DNA of 64,000 nucleotides, taken from a virus. Taxonomy: Duplodnaviria > Caudoviricetes. The position numbers and the translations under genes were made by a program. The stretch is taken from IMG/VR virus record IMGVR_UViG_3300037419_001469, positions 1-64,000 of that record. One strand, given 5' to 3'. Below the pieces are notes generated by a model. It was not told the origin of the DNA. It was given only the letters and a program-made list of their open reading frames with translations, and searched no databases. Of the stretch, positions 61,095 through 64,000 are shown one piece after another (position 1 is the stretch's first letter; each line of letters starts with the position of its first letter).

Positions 61095-64000
61095 ATGTCT
61101 GACGCCGTCTCGAACATTGCCCTTGGCGTAAGCTCGCAGGACGCCCTGACGCACCTGAAGGAGTTGCGCGAAGCGTTCGCGTCGCTGAAGACCGAGATGA
61201 ACGAATTCTCGGCGGCGCGGACGAGCACCGATGCGCTGTCGCAGGGTGCGGCCGCCTCCGCCTCCGCCATCGAGCGGCTGTCGGCAGACCTGAACCGGGC
61301 GCAGAGCGAGATGCGCGGCCTGCGCACGCTGGTCGACGAACTGACCCGGGCCAACCAGGGCTTGCAAACGGCGCTGTCCGGCGCGGCGCGTGCGCAGCAG
61401 GAGGCGTCGACTGGCGCCACGCAGGCGGTCACGCGCGCCAATGCCGAGCAAACCCGTTCCCTCACCGCCAGCCTCGAGCAGCAGGTGCGCGCGACCCAGG
61501 ACGCCGCCAACCGGCGCGTCAGTACCGAGGAAGAAACCTCGCGCCGCATCGCGGCTTCCTACCGGCAAAATCTCGGCAACAGCTTCTCGATCTCTTACCG
61601 CCTGTCTCCCGAGGAGGCGACCGCCTCCGCAATGGGGCCGTCGCGGCAGGAGATGGATGCGGCGATGCAGCGGCAAAACCTTGTGGCCATGCGCAACGAG
61701 TGGGCCGCCGCCGAGGAGGAGCGCCGCCGCCAGGGCCGCAGCACGTCGCAGGAAATGCTGCGCGCCGAACTGGACCGTCAGGCGCAGGCGCGGCAGACCG
61801 GCCAGGAAATGCAGCGCGCGGAGGTCGAGCGCCAGGCGGAGGCAAAGCAGACCGGCTGGTTGATGGTCAAGGCGGAGCTGGACCGCCGCAGCGAAGCCAA
61901 CCGCACCTACCAGGACATGCTGCGGGCGGAGACCGAGCGCCAGGCGCAGGCGAAGGTCACCGCGCAGGAGATGCAGCGCGCGGAGGCGGAGCGCGCCGCC
62001 GAGGGCCGCGCCACTGCGCAGGAAATGCTGCGCGCCGACCTGGAACGCCGCGCCCAGGGTATGGCGACGGCGCAGGACATGCTGCGCGCCGACCTGGAGC
62101 GCGCCGCCGAAGGGCGCGCGACCGCGCAGGACATGCAGCGCGCGGAGCTGGAGCGACAGGCGCAGGCGAAAGCGACCGCGCAGGAAATGCTGATGGCCGA
62201 GGTGCAGCGCCGCGAACAGAACTCGCTGGCGCTCAAGGATGCCCGCGCGCTGATCGCCACGCAGGAACGCCAGCTGCAACTAGCCAAGGAGGCGATGGCC
62301 TACCGCCTGAGCGGCGTGTCCGACGACATGGTCAAGGCGCAGTACGGCACGCTGGTCGAGGGGATGGCCAATCCTGCGGGCATCCGCAGCATGGAGCAGC
62401 AGCTGGCCGCCGCCAAGACCCAGGCCGAGCAGTTGGCCGCCGCCCTGCGCGACGCCGGCAAGAACACCGCCTTCCTGGCGGACGCGGCGCACTCGGATGT
62501 CCAGCGGCTGCAGCGGCAGCTGGACTTGCTGAAGACCGCCTACACGTTCTCGCAGCAGCCGGGCGTCACGCCGCAGCACGTCGAGGAGAAATACGGCTCG
62601 ATGGCGGCAGCCCGGGCCAACCCGGCCGACATCGCCGGGCATGAAGCACTGCTGGCCGCGGCCACGGCCGCCGCCGCGCAGCAGAATACGCTGGCCGGCG
62701 CCACCGGCCGCGTTTCCGCCGCCAACCGCGAAGCCTCCCTCGCGATGAAGGAATACGGCGACGCGATGAAGGAAGTCCACTCGCTTACGCGGGGCCTGGC
62801 GGGCGGCCTGCAGATGCTGTGGGTGACCTGGGGCTCGATGGCGCCGCTGGTCGCGGGCGCGGCGCTGACCGGCACCCTGCGCGCGGTGTACAACGTCGGC
62901 AAGGAGGTCGAATACCAGCTGCAGTTCGTCAAGGCGTTGGGCGAGGAGCCCGTCGACTTCGACCGCTTCATCAAGATTTCCGAAGGATCCATCGTCGGCC
63001 TGAAGGATGCGGCCAACGGCATGCGCGCCCTGTCGCAAGCCGGCCTGGACGCGCACCAGGCGCTGCTGGCGCTACCCACCGTCATGAACCTGGCAGTCGT
63101 GGGCGAGATGAGCGTTGGCCAGGCGGCGCTGGCGGCAACCGGCGTGATGAACGCCTTCAACCTTGCCATCGGTGACATCGACCGGGTAGGCGACATTTTC
63201 GCGAAGGTCGCAGCCACGACCAACACCAGCGTCGCGGGCATGACCGAGGCGATGAAGCAAGCGTCGACCGTGGGCGACATGTTCAAGGTCTCGATCGAGG
63301 AAACGGCCGCCTCCATCGGCGTGCTGGCCAAGAGAAACATCGAAGGCACCGCAGCCGGCACGTCGCTGACGAATGCGCTGAAGGGCCTGTATGAGCCGAG
63401 CGATAAGGCCAAGGAAGCCCTGCAGCGGCTCGGCATCGAGACGCGCGACCCGAACGGCCAGCTAAAGAACTACACCGAGCTACTGAAGGACCTTGCGCTG
63501 AAGCTGTCGACGCTGAACGAGTCCGGCAAGCAGAACTTCCTGGGAACGATCACCGACCAGCGCGGTGCGAAGACGATCTCCGCGATCACTTCCGACATGG
63601 GCGCGTACATGAAGGCGCTGGACGATGCCAAGCATGCGACCGGCTTCATGACGCAGGCGGTCTCCGTGCTCGAAGACACGACGACGGGTTCGCTCAAGCG
63701 CATGTCGAACGCCTTCGAAGGCTCGTTCGCCAAGGCATTCGAATCCGCCGCGCCGGCCATCCGCCAGGTGGTTGATGCGCTGGCCGAGGGCGCGCGCAGC
63801 CAGCAGTTCATCGACCTGATCGACAACCTGGCACGCGGTGCGTCGCAACTCACCTTGCTCATGGTCGAGCACGGCAAGACGATCCTGTGGGTGCTCGGTA
63901 TCTATGCCGGCGCACGGGTAATTTCCGGGTTCACCTCCGGGCTGGAAGTGCTGAAGCTGCGCTCGATCGAAGCGGCCGCCGCGCAACAGGCGATGGCAGC
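61095..64000 (+). CDS. tape measure protein, truncated by window edge
   Basis: ATG 61095; long Ala/Gln-rich helical ORF, 18-aa repeats, TP901-type segment (A..TNTSV..M.EA.K...IEETAA.IG.LA..G.AAGT.L). Confidence 0.9.
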   Translation, partial: MSDAVSNIALGVSSQDALTHLKELREAFASLKTEMNEFSAARTSTDALSQGAAASASAIERLSADLNRAQSEMRGLRTLVDELTRANQGLQTALSGAARAQQEASTGATQAVTRANAEQTRSLTASLEQQVRATQDAANRRVSTEEETSRRIAASYRQNLGNSFSISYRLSPEEATASAMGPSRQEMDAAMQRQNLVAMRNEWAAAEEERRRQGRSTSQEMLRAELDRQAQARQTGQEMQRAEVERQAEAKQTGWLMVKAELDRRSEANRTYQDMLRAETERQAQAKVTAQEMQRAEAERAAEGRATAQEMLRADLERRAQGMATAQDMLRADLERAAEGRATAQDMQRAELERQAQAKATAQEMLMAEVQRREQNSLALKDARALIATQERQLQLAKEAMAYRLSGVSDDMVKAQYGTLVEGMANPAGIRSMEQQLAAAKTQAEQLAAALRDAGKNTAFLADAAHSDVQRLQRQLDLLKTAYTFSQQPGVTPQHVEEKYGSMAAARANPADIAGHEALLAAATAAAAQQNTLAGATGRVSAANREASLAMKEYGDAMKEVHSLTRGLAGGLQMLWVTWGSMAPLVAGAALTGTLRAVYNVGKEVEYQLQFVKALGEEPVDFDRFIKISEGSIVGLKDAANGMRALSQAGLDAHQALLALPTVMNLAVVGEMSVGQAALAATGVMNAFNLAIGDIDRVGDIFAKVAATTNTSVAGMTEAMKQASTVGDMFKVSIEETAASIGVLAKRNIEGTAAGTSLTNALKGLYEPSDKAKEALQRLGIETRDPNGQLKNYTELLKDLALKLSTLNESGKQNFLGTITDQRGAKTISAITSDMGAYMKALDDAKHATGFMTQAVSVLEDTTTGSLKRMSNAFEGSFAKAFESAAPAIRQVVDALAEGARSQQFIDLIDNLARGASQLTLLMVEHGKTILWVLGIYAGARVISGFTSGLEVLKLRSIEAAAAQQAMA

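Overview
The window is most of a GC-rich (roughly 65% by eye) tailed dsDNA phage genome with siphovirus-type morphogenesis genes. No bacterial chromosomal genes, integrase, CRISPR array, tRNA or rRNA were recognised. There are two divergent arms. The minus strand (~45.4 kb to 1) carries a long array of small early/accessory genes (25.4-45.4 kb), then a replication/recombination/nucleotide block: ParB-like protein, KTSC, MazG-like protein, SNF2 helicase, AEP primase-helicase, DEDDh exonuclease, dATP/dGTP diphosphohydrolase, TraR/DksA zinc finger, a PolA split into two ORFs, Holliday-junction resolvase, ATP-dependent ligase, SbcD/SbcC-like pair and ThyA. The plus strand (46.6 kb to the end) carries small genes, a lambda gpA-like terminase, portal, S49 protease/scaffold, decoration, major capsid, neck, tail tube, frameshifted tail chaperones and a truncated tape measure gene. 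Three signals are not explained by the gene map. (1) A ~700-nt ORF-poor segment (43.2-43.9 kb) is packed with hairpins whose GNRA tetraloops all read on the minus strand, a candidate large structured ncRNA. (2) Thirteen copies of the palindrome CATTTACNGTAAATG are confined to gene junctions of the early arm and are mostly fused to Shine-Dalgarno sites. (3) Fifteen perfect plus about seven near-perfect copies of a second palindrome, core CACTNAGTG, are spread through the whole window, including inside ORFs; they may be parS-like sites for the orphan ParB-like protein. All functional calls come from motif recognition by eye; no searches or folding were run.
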